The notes under the pieces are model-generated. The model was not told the DNA's origin and did not search any database. It saw nothing but the letters and a program-made list of their open reading frames with translations. The translations under genes and the position numbers were made by a program. This document shows positions 11,974 through 23,900 of a stretch of DNA of 64,000 bases, piece after piece. Position 1 is the stretch's first letter. Each line of letters starts with the position of its first letter. Source of the stretch: Dudresnaya verticillata (Eukaryota). The stretch is from the NCBI GenBank assembly GCA_977862235.1, contig OZ374563.1, positions 1,488,001-1,552,000 on the forward strand. Direction: 5' to 3'.

Positions 11974-12964
11974 TGTTGAGGACATGGTCGCTGGCGCCTC
12001 ACGTCACGGGTCAGGTACCCCAGATGGTACCCTGGCACGCTTTCACCAAACCTTCCGGAGACGACAGCCCTTTTTCCGGGCTTCCAAAATCACGGCGCAT
12101 TTAGGCCTTTTGCAAAAGCAACGTGAAACGGGCTTCTGATTGGTTGTTACAAACCGCCTCCATGGTCTATATGGCTTACAAGTGTTGTGCTGGAATTGGC
12201 GGTTATAACAGGAACGGCCAAGTGGAACGATCTGATTGGACCACATGGATGCACGTGGTATGGCATGGAATGGTACTGGTATGACGCGCACTGTACTCCA
12301 CAAGTACATATGAACGTGCCATGCAATGTGCTGATGGCGTCTGAGTTGGTACTGCAGGGACTTGCGCTACGTGGAGCCTGGCTTGTGATATCAGCAGATG
12401 CAGTTGTCGTGCGGCCGACACGTTGGTTTACAGTTGCCACGTAGGTGTCGTGCGGCCGACACGTTGGTTTACAGCTGCCACGTAGGCAAATCTGGGTGAT
12501 TACGTGGTCAATGATCCAAGTTGGATATTCATGGACGGAATTCAGCTCGTAAGTGCGGCCACGTGGTATGCAGTGTTGTCCGACAGCAGTCATGCGGGGA
12601 CACTCGATACTTTCGAGTTCCCGCCCAAAGTTGGAGTACATATGGATGGCAGGAAATGCGGTCGCAAGAGGGATTGCTGATGTCAGCAGTTAGCAACACT
12701 GGTGTGCAAGTTCCCGCCCATTTTGGTGGCGGATGTGAGTGTGCTGAGAGTATGATTTGGTAGATTTAATTGTTTTACTTTTTCCCGCCCATTTGATGAT
12801 AGGGATTTTGGGCGTTTCTTTAATGATTTGTTTTGTTTGTGTTCACGCAGCAACTCATCCGAAAAGCTGATATAAGCCATGTCGGATGGTCGACTGCAGT
12901 AAACGAAGTCAAGCGACTTCCATTTCTCATCTTGTTCAACTTCAACCTCTCCATATTCCTTTCA
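11974..12964 (+). repeat. copia solo LTR with 5-bp TSD TGCCC
   Basis: TGCCC at 11969-11973 and 12965-12969; appears identical to LTR 3470-4460. Confidence 0.95.
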
Positions 12965-14625
12965 TGCCCTGGGAATGATTGTTTGTGTGCTTTCCCAAGT
13001 CTACAAGCCCGACACACTTCATGAGTGGAGCCCAACTCCGGAACACCCTCAACATGCTCGTGCACTTTGGCCAAGTCCCGAAAATTAATGTGGGCAAGAC
13101 GTCGATGCCAGAGCTCAGTAGTTCGCTGCGTGCTGGGGACAGCCAGTACTTGCTCCTCCGAAGTGTGCGGCTCGGGTTCTGGTAGCATGTACATTCCAGA
13201 ACTCGCATCGCGAACGCCGGATCCAATATAGTACCCATCAGAGTCGAGTACCAAGCGCACGTCCAAGCGGCGAAAGTGGGATTCAATTCCTTTATCTGCC
13301 AAACGCCCAGTAGAGACAAGATTGTATCCCATCTGCGGGATGAAGAGGGCCTTCTTGAGCCGAATATTAGCATGCTCAAACGGCAGAATCACATCTCCAC
13401 ATAGGTCTGAGGTGACAGACGACTTGTCCGCAAGCACTACAGTACGCTTTTCGCAGCGCGATACTGAGCTCGGTACAAAAGAAGTCATTGAGTGGAAGCA
13501 ATGCACCGTTGCTCCACTGTCGGCATACGTTCCTTGGTCGTTCGGAGGAACAACAGTAGTCATCTCAACCGATGCACCGGCGATTTCTACCTTTGCAGAT
13601 TTACCATTATTCTTACCAGATGCAGCTACCGCCGAGTTGGCGTTGCCCTTTTTGCCCTGGTTGGTGAACATCTGTCGCACCTTTGGAGGAAGCTTGTTGT
13701 TAGGATTTTCCGGATTGAGATAGCATCGATCCGCGGTGTGTCCATCCTTGTCGCAAACATCACAGTGAAGGTGCCGGTTCGGGGTGGAGTGAGCCTGCTT
13801 GGCGGACTTGAGTGCAACCGCCAACGCACGGACGGTGGATTCAATATCAGAAGAGTCATCGGAGTCGTCGTTGTCATCCAGCGGGTTGTGTTGCTGGCGA
13901 GAACCTGACGACGCGGACTTCTTTTTCTTCTTCCGACGACTCTTCGACTTACTGGATCTCCCACCTGCGTTTGATCCATGAGAATCTTTGGCGTTGTACT
14001 CATCGATCAGCGTGGTTGCGACGTAGTCCCAAGTCAGCTCAGCAGCATCTTTGGTGCGAAGAGCGGCAGCTGTTGACTCCAGGTTGCAGGACGGATCAAT
14101 GGAAGCAAGCAGCATAGGTGCCTTATGCGTCTCCGGTATCGCCGAGTCGTTGCCCATGCGTTCCAGTTGGGCGAACAGTGACGTGTACTGGTCAACATAG
14201 TTGGACATATTCTGGCCGGTGTACGTCATACGGAATAGCTTGGTCTGTACGGCGATACGGGATACAGTTCGACTGGACGCATAACGCGAGTCCAATAGCT
14301 CCAGCATGCGTTTGGGATCATCATCAACCTCCATAACGACACGAAGCGGAGCATCACCAAGTGCGGAGATGATGATCCCGCAAGCCTTCTCACGTTTGGC
14401 CAAGGTTCTGGCGTGAAGAATGGAAGTATCCGCTGAGGCCTCTCCAGTTGACTGTGAGCTGCTCGGTGTGTCGTTTGAGGTGTGGACAACATTCCAAACC
14501 CCTTTGATGCGGCATGCGGCACGAAGGCGATGACGCCAGAGACTGTAGTCGTCACCTCTCCTGCCGTGGAAACGGGGTATCTTGACCCCGCTCGAAGTAT
14601 CCATCTCGGCTTCGGTATCAGTCAT
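12965..14625 (-). pseudogene. copia gag-protease fragment (duplicate of 4461-6121)
   Basis: Identical 601-aa translation at offset 8504. Confidence 0.93.
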
Positions 14626-15581
14626 CGCTGTTGGGACTGATGCTGAGAAGAGATAACTTGAATAGTTTTAGAAAACTTGGTGAACTTGGGGCAGTGCTGT
14701 TAGTGCAACAGTGTCGATGCCCAGAGGGTAATAGTCGTGTTAAGCAGAGCAGTGCAGCTCACACAACGAAGACGTGACGACGAAGCTGAGAAATGTGTCG
14801 AACACGTCGGTAATATAATACAGTCACAAGCGGAGCACACTTTGCCAAGTAGCTCCCACGCTTGGAGTAATGAAACTCTCAGGTGATGATGGGATCACCT
14901 GGACTGAAGAAGAAAAGTTGAAACTTGAAGTTGAAAAGTTGATTCTTGATAGTTGAACGTCTTTTTGACGCGGGATGTTCTGGCACCAGGTTCTACCTAG
15001 TCACCCCTAGGAGTCGGACTCCTGGCCCCCGGATATGATTCTCCGGGTGAAATGCGTCTTTCAGCAGCCCTTTCGTGCCGTGCGCACACAGACACGAAGT
15101 ATGCAATCCTTACGAGACGTCCACCTTATGGGTACTAACTCAAAACGAGTGTTCACCACACGAACAGGTCCAGTCTCTTGCAGGAATGGAACTAGGCCCA
15201 ACCGTGTCAAGGTTCTGGATCTTACTGGAGGCTGCTCCCCTAGGCCAACGAGGTCCTGACTTAACGAGAGTCACCACGCACAACACTCAACCTCTCAGCA
15301 AGCTCACGGACCAAGACAACAGCGGACGAGAGCCTCGAGAACTCTCTCACAAAATCAGAGACACAAGCCGACACAGTGGGATAGGGACCACTTTCAACAG
15401 ACAACAAGCAGACAGGACAGGACACAAGCAGACAGGACAGGACACAAGCCGACAGGACAGGACACAAGCAGACAGGACAGGCCAGGACGGGACCGGACAG
15501 TATCAAGAATGAAAAGAAAAAGGAAGAAGGTTGCAGCGAAGCGATGAAGTCTGCGTAGGTCGACCTTCTGGGCCCATAACC

Positions 15582-16614
15582 TGAAAAGGAATATGGAGAG
15601 GTTGGAGTTGAACAAGATGAGAAATGGAAGTCGCTTGACTTCGTTTACTGCAGTCGACAATCCGACATGGCTTATATCAGCTTTTCGGATGAGTTGCTGC
15701 GTGAACACAAACAAAACAAATCATTAAAGAAACGCCCAAAATCCCTATTATCAAATGGGCGGGAAAAAGTAAAGCAATTAAATCTACCAAATCATACTCT
15801 CAGCACACTCACATCCGCCACCAAAATGGGCGGGAACTTGCACACCAGTGTTGCTAACTGCTGACATCAGCAATCCCTCTTGCGACCGCATTTCCTGCCA
15901 TCCATATGTACTCCAACTTTGGGCGGGAACGTGAAAGTATCGAGTGTCCCCGCATGGCTGCTGTCGGACAACGCTGCACACCACGTGGCCGCACTTACCA
16001 GCTCAAGTCCGTCCATGAATATCCAACTTGGATCATTGACCATGTACTCACCCAGACTTGCCTACGTGGCAGCTGTAAACCAACGTGTCGGCCGCACGAC
16101 AGCTACGTGGCAACTGTAAACCAACGTGTCGGCCGCACGACAGCTACGTGCCAACTGTAAACCAACGTGTCGGCCGCACAACAACTGCATCTGCTGATAT
16201 CACAAGTCAGGCTCCACGTAGCGCAAGTCCCTGCAGTACCAACTCGGACGCCATCAGCACATTGCATGGCACGTTCATGTGTACTTGTGGAGTACAGTGC
16301 GAGTCATACCAACACCATTCCATGCCATACCACGTGCATCCATGTGGTCCAATCAGATCGTTCCACTTGGCCGTTCCTGTTATAACCGCCAATTCCAGCA
16401 CAACACTTGTAAGCCATATAGACCATGGAGGCGGTTTGTAACAACCAATCAGAAGCCCGTTTCACGTTGCTTTTGCAAAAGGCCTAAATGCGCCGTGATT
16501 TTGGAAGCCCGGAAAAAGGGCTGTCGTCTCCGGAAGGTTTGGTGACAGCGTGCCAGGGTGCCATCTGGGGTGCCTGACCCGTGACGTGAGGCGCCAGCGA
16601 CCATGTCCTCAACA
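15582..16614 (-). repeat. copia 5' LTR (duplicate of 7078-8110)
   Basis: Same sequence and same CTATA junction. Confidence 0.95.
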
Positions 16615-18890
16615 CTATACTTGGTACTGTGTTTGAACCTGTTTGTTGCACAGCTAGACGTGAAGACGGCTTTCCTGAATGGTGATCTGGCAGAACACGT
16701 GTGGGTAATGTCACCGCGTGGGATTCCTGGAAGGGAATCTCTCTGTTACAAACTTCTGAAAGCTATGTATGGGCTAAAACAGGCTCACCTAGCTTGGCAC
16801 ACCAAGCTGTGTGGTGACCTTGCTAGGATGATGTTTGAGGAATTGCCAAGTGCACCTTGCGTGTTTCGTCGCAAATCCAAGTCTTCTGGATACGCATACA
16901 TCTTGGTGTACGTTGATGACTTGCTCATCCTCGCACCCACAAAGGCGGAGAGAGACGCCATTGTTAAGGAACTGCAGGGCCTCTACGATCTACGGCTGTC
17001 TGAAGGGGTTGACCTCTTCCTCGGAGTCGAGCTTGGATGGAAGCTAGACTCTGATGGCAGATTTGTGTCCCTCAAGATGACTCAACAGGTCTACACGGAA
17101 AGTGTTCTTCGTCGATTTGGACTTCAGAACTCTAAGCCGGCTTGTACGCCGATGGTTGAGTCTTTCTTCACTGGACTTGCCGCCGAAGAGGACAAGGCCG
17201 TCGTGTCGGTTGAGACGTACCAGCAGATGATCGGGTCACTTCTGTACTTGGGGCTTCGCACAAGGCTGGACATTTTGGCCTCTGTGCTTATCCTCGCACG
17301 GTTCCAGAAGGCTCCAACTGCGTACTGTCACCGTGGTGTAAAGAGGGTTCTGCGATATCTTCGAGGCACTCACAAGCATGGAGTTACGTACCAGTCCGGA
17401 AGCACTCGTATCCAAGCTTATGTGGACGCTGACTATGCCGGTGACACCACAGACCGAAAATCTATGTCTGGTTACATGGTGAAACTGGGAGATGCAGTGT
17501 GTATTTGGGGATCCAAGAAGCAGTCAACTGTTGCTCTCTCAACTTGCGAGTCGGAGTACTATGCAATGACTCTGGCTGCGAAAGAGACGGTTTGGGTCAC
17601 GCGAGTGCTGAAGGAGGCCGACTTGAACGTCGAAGGCCCGGTTCCATTGAGATCAGACAACCAGTCTGCCATCAATTGGGCTACTGGAGAACGCTGTCCG
17701 TCTGGTCGTGCCAAGCACATCGACGTTCGTGTACACTTCATTCGCGAACTTGTCGCCGACTCTGTTCTGGAAGTGGTGTATGTGCCGTCAGAAGACAACG
17801 ACGCGGACTTGCTGACAAAGCCACTCGGGCCCACTTTGCTCAATAGGATTCTACCAAGGGTTGGACTTGGAGGAGCCATCGAGGAGGAGTGTTGAGGACA
17901 TGGTCGCTGGCGCCTCACGTCACGGGTCAGGTACCCCAGATGGTACCCTGGCACGCTTTCACCAAACCTTCCGGAGACGACAGCCCTTTTTCTGGGCTTC
18001 CAAACTCACGGCGCATTTAGGCCTTTTGCAAAAGCAACGTGAAACGGGCTTCTGATTGGTTGTTACAAACCGCCTCCATGGCCTCCATGGTCTATATGGC
18101 TTACAAGTGTTGTGCTGGAATTGGCGGTTATAACAGGAACGGCCAAGTGGAACGATCTGATTGGACCACATGGATGCACGTGGTATGGCATGGAATGGTG
18201 TTGGTATGACTCGCACTGTACTTCACAAGTACACATGAACGTGCCATGCAATGTGCTGATGGCGTCCGAGTTGGTACTGCAGGGACTTGCGCTACGTGGA
18301 GCCTGGCTTGTGATATCAGCAGATGCAGTTGTCGTGCGGCCGACACGTTGGTTAACAGTGGGCACGTAGCTGTCGCGCGGCCGACACGTTGGTTTACAGC
18401 TGCCACGTAGGCAAATCTGGGTGATTACGTGGTCAATGATCCAAGTTAGATATTCATGGACGGACTTGAGCTCGTAAGTGCGGCCACGTGGTGTGCAGTG
18501 TTGTCCGACAGCAGCCATGCGGGGACACTCGATACTTTCGAGTTTCCGCCCAAAGTTGGAGTACATATGGATGGCAGGAAATGCGGTCGCAAGAGGGATT
18601 GCTGATGTCGGCAGTTAGCAACACTGGTGTGCAAGTTCCCGCCCATTTTGGTGGCGGATGTGAGTGTGCTAAGAGTATGATTTGGTAGATTTAATTGCTT
18701 TACTTTTTCCCGCCCATTTGATGATAGGGATTTTGGGCGTATCTTTAATGATTTGTTTTGTTTGTGTTCACGCAGCAACTCATCCGGAAAGCTGATATAA
18801 GCCTTGTCGGATGGGCGACTGCAGTAAACGAAGTCAAGCGACTTCCATTTCTCATCTTGTTCAACTCCAACCTCTTCATATTCCTTTTCA
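16615..18890 (+). mobile_element. Ty1/copia element Z', 3' portion; outermost copia of the nest
   Basis: RT-RNaseH ORF 16603..17895 identical to 8099..9391; the LTR ends against gypsy gag. Confidence 0.95.
17890..18890 (+). repeat. copia 3' LTR (1001 bp)
   Basis: TGTTGAGG...CTTTTCA; right flank AGGGT. Confidence 0.95.
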
Positions 18891-19717
18891 AGGGTGGTCC
18901 GTACACCCGTAAGGGCAACTGTCCTTGGGGTAAGTGTCCCCATGTCGAGCGTGACTGTCGAGTCGAATTCGACTTGTCTTCTGTTCGCGCCTCGGCCATC
19001 GGGAGGCAGGGGCGGTTCGCGCTCGTTGAGGCATATGCCCTCTAGCCGCTCCAAGCGGTCGGCAACCCGCGTAATGCGGTCATCGAGCGGAAGTTCCGCG
19101 GGTAGGCTTGGGGGATTCGGACGGGGCCCCCTTGCGGGAGTAGCCCCGTAGGTTTCGAGGAGGCGGTTAACGTCTCCTCGAAGCGTGCGGACCTCAGCGG
19201 CGAGGTCCGGGTTGTTCTGTGGAGGATTCTCCAGGACGAGGTCAATTCGAGCACCAACCTCGTCGATACGTTGGTTGACCAGAGCCAGGCTGTCCGTTAT
19301 TTGGCGCGACAGCCGGGCGGCAAAAGCCTGGTCTTCCATGAGGCAAACCTCTTGAATTGCACTTCGGGGAATAGTTGTCCCGTGTATGAAGGCAACACGA
19401 GGTGCTTCCTCTTGGATTGTGGGTGGCTCCACCGGCAGCGGAACTGATGCCGAAATCAGCGGCGGAGGATTGGGCAGCGGCGGCGGAGGTGCCGGCTGCC
19501 CGCCTTGGTCTTGCCCAGTCGGGAGAGTCCCGGCTGGGGCAGGAGGTACGATCTCCACCGAGGGGGGAATGCGAGGAACCCCCTCATTGGGTATTGCCGA
19601 AAAAGCGGCTTGGACCGCAGGACTTGGTGCACGCGTCACCATATTGGCAGCGGTCTGCGTTGGCACGGACCTTGCCGATGACGAATGTCGACGGGTGGGC
19701 ATGGCAGATAACTGCAA
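18891..19717 (-). pseudogene. G1 gag N-terminal region, disrupted by copia
   Basis: Pro-rich and coiled-coil-like ORF 18446..19717 that reads into the copia LTR at 18890. Confidence 0.7.
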
Positions 19718-19786
19718 CTTAAAGGTTTGAACTAGAAGAACGGGAGTTCCGTAACGTAGGCAACGTAGCCAATCGGAATTTCCGAA

Positions 19787-19805
19787 CTTCTAGGTCGGGA
19801 GACCA
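19787..19805 (-). promoter_or_regulatory. G1 PBS TGGTCTCCCGACCTAGAAG
   Basis: Starts with TGG, 2 nt from the LTR end; identical 19-mer at 43593-43611. Confidence 0.8.
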
Positions 19806-19807
19806 AA

Positions 19808-20582
19808 TGTGGTGCAATCCTCTCGGTAGAATTGAGGGTGCACCTCAGGCGGTTCGGGGGCCTGGCGGTAGCAGGTGAGGTAGTAGCGGTAGAGCAGGGG
19901 AGTAGCCCCGTAGTGCGACTGTAAAACACTATAAGGCCGAGAAAGGGGGTTACCCTAGAAAGGAAGAGAAAAAAAGGGAAAAACAAGAGAAAAACAGGAT
20001 TCTGTACGATGAAGAAGGGTAGCGGATGTACTGGAGTCCAGCCTAGAGAGGGAGTCGATAGGGTAGGAGGGTACGTCTCGCTGGGCCCAAACTTTGCCGT
20101 TTATTGTATGGGGGCGCACCTCAGGGCCCTAATATACTATGTAGGAGGCGGGTGCGCCTTGGTGGCAGATTAAGGTAGGGGAAGGGGGCGCGCCACTTGG
20201 CATTACGTGGCAAGCGCAATTCTATAATTATCTAAAAATATCAACTGTCAGCCTAGCGGTAGTGCGGCTGAAAGGTGTGCGCCAAGGGGGCGCACGTGTG
20301 CACGTGTACGCGTTGTCGCGTTGCGGGGCCATCCTTGCTGGCAGAGGGCGCCGCGTACTGTCAGGCCGGGTGCCTTACAGAGGCATTTCCCCATTAGCAT
20401 TGCTGGTGCGTGCGCGTGGTGCCAGAGCTCATTATAGAAATTGGCTCTGAGCTCAATCACCCGCACAGCGGTTGATCCGCAGGAACCGGCCGTTGGGCGT
20501 CCGTCGTCCGCAGTCGCGTGAGCCGCGGGTGGCGGCATTATGAAGAATTCTTCAGTAGGGCGCCAAGGCGATTTGCGCCACA
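19808..20582 (-). repeat. G1 5' LTR (~775 bp)
   Basis: TGTGGTGC...GCGCCACA imperfect inverted termini; bounded by the PBS and by the abrupt start of G2 gag. Confidence 0.75.
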
Positions 20583-20585
20583 GAT

Positions 20586-20966
20586 ATCTGCTTCGAATGC
20601 TACGGTATTGACCATAAAAAGCCCAACTGTCCGCATTTGGCTCGAACCGATGAGCAGTCTTTTGAGACTTTAATAAGAAGACAGTTCCATCAACTATCAC
20701 ACGAGCAAAAAGCGTGGCTGGCGACCGTTGGCCGACTGCCGGAGTTCGCTAACGAGCGAGGGCCCGCCGGGCCGCCCATAGGGCAACGGATGGATCCCCG
20801 TCAAAATTTGGGTGCAAATCAAGGGGGAAATCGACAGGTTCAATTTAGACTGAACCACCCCATCGACGCTCCGAGGCAAACGCCCAGTTCACCACGCCAA
20901 GGGACTCGTCCCGTTCCACCACCTCCACCGCTACCGCGGTCGCCCGCAATGAAGGCAAAAAACTAG
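20586..20966 (+). pseudogene. G2 gag C-terminus with zinc knuckle
   Basis: ICFECYGIDHKKPNC (CX2CX4HX4C) in frame with ORF 20637..20966. Confidence 0.88.
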
Positions 20967-23900
20967 CGAGGGGGGAACCGGTTTCGGTACACCACATATC
21001 CCAGGTGACATCGGAACCCCCCGATCGGTGCGTTGAATCCAGCTCCTCGAGCTACAGCTTCGAAAGCTTCTCATCAACGAATCGACCGGTTGGTAGTGAA
21101 TCTTTCACTTCTCTTCCCAAGAAGATCTTAGCGCGTCCCGTGGGCTTACCCCCCGGACGGAAGTATCACGAGTATTGTAAGGATCCCGTTTGCTTCTTGT
21201 CGCGCTACAATTATAAAGTAGCCGCGTCCATCGGGACTTCTGTTGACGATCTTACTCGTGTGCTCTCCGTACTGGATACAGGGGCAGGCCCTAATCTCAT
21301 CCGCGCGGATGTTCTATCACCGAAAGACAAGAAACGGATTTCTACAACACGGTCAATTGTGAACTTGACCTCCGCGTCAAGTCACCGACTAACTACACTG
21401 GGAACAGTCTCCCTGATAATCAGGCTCGGGTCCTACACGGTTCGGCAACCTTTTGTTGTCGTAAGGGCATTGGCAGTAGATGCCATATTGGGTTGCACAT
21501 TTATCGATACCCACGTGGAAGGGTTACGCGTCCGCCAACAGAACATGGTTCTTCGCGACGGGTCCATTCACCCAATTCTACGCCGCCGATGCGGTATACC
21601 TCGTGAAGGCAGGTCTGACGAACCAATGGACGTTCCCCCGTTACCTACCTCGCGACTCCTTCGCGTCGCACAAACTACTACTTTACTGCCCGGTAGTGAG
21701 TCATGGGTTCCTGTTACCTGCTCCGCCAAAGGAACACATTTCCTGGAATCCCTACCCCGCTTATACGAGCGCCGACAAGTCTTGTTGACGAATGGAATCG
21801 TCAACATTCAATAGAACCGGCTCTTTCACGTCAAGGTCGCGAACTTTTCTTCGCGTCCTCAACGGCTTTCCAAGAATCAAAGCCTTGGAAAGGCTGTACC
21901 GGCGCCAACGCAGACGCCGGTCTACACTGTTTCTATCGAGGATAATGTTCCTGACAGTTGTGCACAACAGTGACACGCTTCCCTCGTCCGAAACATTTTC
22001 CGATGTATGGGGGGCGGGGCTTGGTGCTGCTCTGAAGACGGATATAGACTCTAAGCCTGGAATCAAAATCGCGACATCAGCGACAACCGCTATTACGGTC
22101 GATGACCTCGCGCTGTTACACCTGTCCACTTCGGATCGGCGTCGCGTGCGCAAAATGCTTAAACCGTTCGCCGGTATGTGGGACGGACAACTCGGAACCA
22201 TCAAGGTGACCGAACACCGTATTGAGCTTCAAGAAGGTTCGAAACCTGTGTTTACGCAACCTTATCGGTCGGGCCCTAAGGCCCGTCAAGCAGAACAGGA
22301 TGAGGTCGACAAAATGCTCAAAGAAGGCGTTATAGAGCCTGCACGCTCTGAGTTTGCGAGCCCCGTCGTCTTGGTTAAGAAGCCCGACGGGTCACTCCGC
22401 TTTTGCGTCGACTATCGCAAACTTAACGCGATAACAGTGAAGGAAACATATCCTCTGCCACGCATGGACGTCTGGACTCTTTGGGCGAAGCCCAATATTT
22501 CACGACCTTGGATTGCAACTCAGGCAACTGGCAGATTCCGGTTTCACCGGATGATAATCATAAGACTGCTATTACATGCCACGCGGGCTGCTTCCAATTC
22601 TGCAGGATGCCCTTTGGGCTATGCAACGCTCCGGCGACCCTTCAGCGAACGGTTGACATCCTCTTATCAGGATTTCGATGGAAATCGTGCCTCGTATACC
22701 TCGACGATATTATCGTATTCTCTGCGACTGTCGAAGAGCATGTCACGCACGTAAGAGAGATTCTCTCTGTATTACAAGAAGCACGGGTCTCCTTGAAACT
22801 CAAGAAGTGTAACTTCTTCACAAAGAGTGTCGACTACTTAGGGCACGTCATCCGTCCGGGTTTATTAGAAGTGGCGACTAAGAATACGCAAGCCATCGAA
22901 GGCTTCAAGGAGCCGACCACGCAGACCCAGTTGCGGTCTTTCATCGGTCTATGCAACGTCTACAGGCGATTCGTGCCTAACTTCGCTCGCGTGGCAGCTC
23001 CGCTCAATGCCCCCCTGCAGAAGGAAGTGGGCTTTGAACTGCCACAGTTCAATGAACCTCAGCGCGAGGCGTTCGGCTTGCTGAAGACAGCGCTAATAGC
23101 GCCTCCTATTCTTAGGTTGCCACAAGAGGGTAAGGCCCTATCGGTGGATACCGACGCGTGAGACTACCAAATTGGTTGCGCGCTGATGCAAGCCGAAGAA
23201 GACGGGACTCGACACCCGATAGGCTTCTGGAGCCGAGGACTGACGAAGGCAGAGAAGAATTATTCTGTAGGCGAAAAGGAGTGCCTCGCAGTGGTCTGGG
23301 CGGCACAATTGCTCAGACCATATCTAGAAAGGTCCCACTTTGACCTGTATACAGACCATCAAGCGTTGAAATGGATGATGAGCATGACAGATGCTTCTGG
23401 ACGGTTGGCCCGTTGGAGATTACGCCTCCTGGAATACGACTTCACGGTCCAGTACCGAAAAGGCAAAAAAAAATCAGATTTCTGATGCCGTATCTCGGCT
23501 GCCCACGTATGGCTTCACGCCATGGGAACCGGACTTGAAAATCCCGTGTCTAGTCCTCGAGACTGATCCGAGGGACGAACCCTGCGGAAGGTCGCGACCG
23601 GAGCCTAACACGCGACCGTTGGAAGTATGGGAAATCGAACCCGTCGATGAGTCCGATCCGGATGACGAAGTGGTCATCGCCCAAGTGGCCGAGAAGGAAT
23701 CTGGAGAAAAGGGACTATCCCTCATCACCACAGAAGAGTTGCTCCGTGAGCAGAAAACAGATGAATTCTGTATCTGGGTCCGAAGGAACCTCGAGGCCGG
23801 GAAGCCTGGTTGCTATCTCGAGGACGAACGAGGACTCCTAGTCCGGAAGTCGTATATCGACAAGGCGATACAGGTTCTCATACCTCGTTCTCTTAAGGAA

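Larger units (their letters stand above)
10427..16614 (-). mobile_element. Ty1/copia element Y' (5' LTR to mid-RT) containing an inverted solo LTR
   Basis: Colinear minus-strand copia once 11974-12964 and one TGCCC are removed; PBS at 15568-15581. Confidence 0.95.
18891..20582 (-). mobile_element. Ty3/gypsy element G1, 5' portion (LTR, PBS, gag N-terminus)
   Basis: PBS shared with G3; gag-like ORF homologous to the G3 gag (TTIPRSAIQEVCLMED vs LTIPRDRIREVCVIED; RLERLE). Confidence 0.8.

Noticed and set aside
10144..11985. Chimeric ORFs (601, 613, 430 and 423 aa) as novel fusion genes
   Set aside because: They are read-throughs across insertion junctions into LTR sequence
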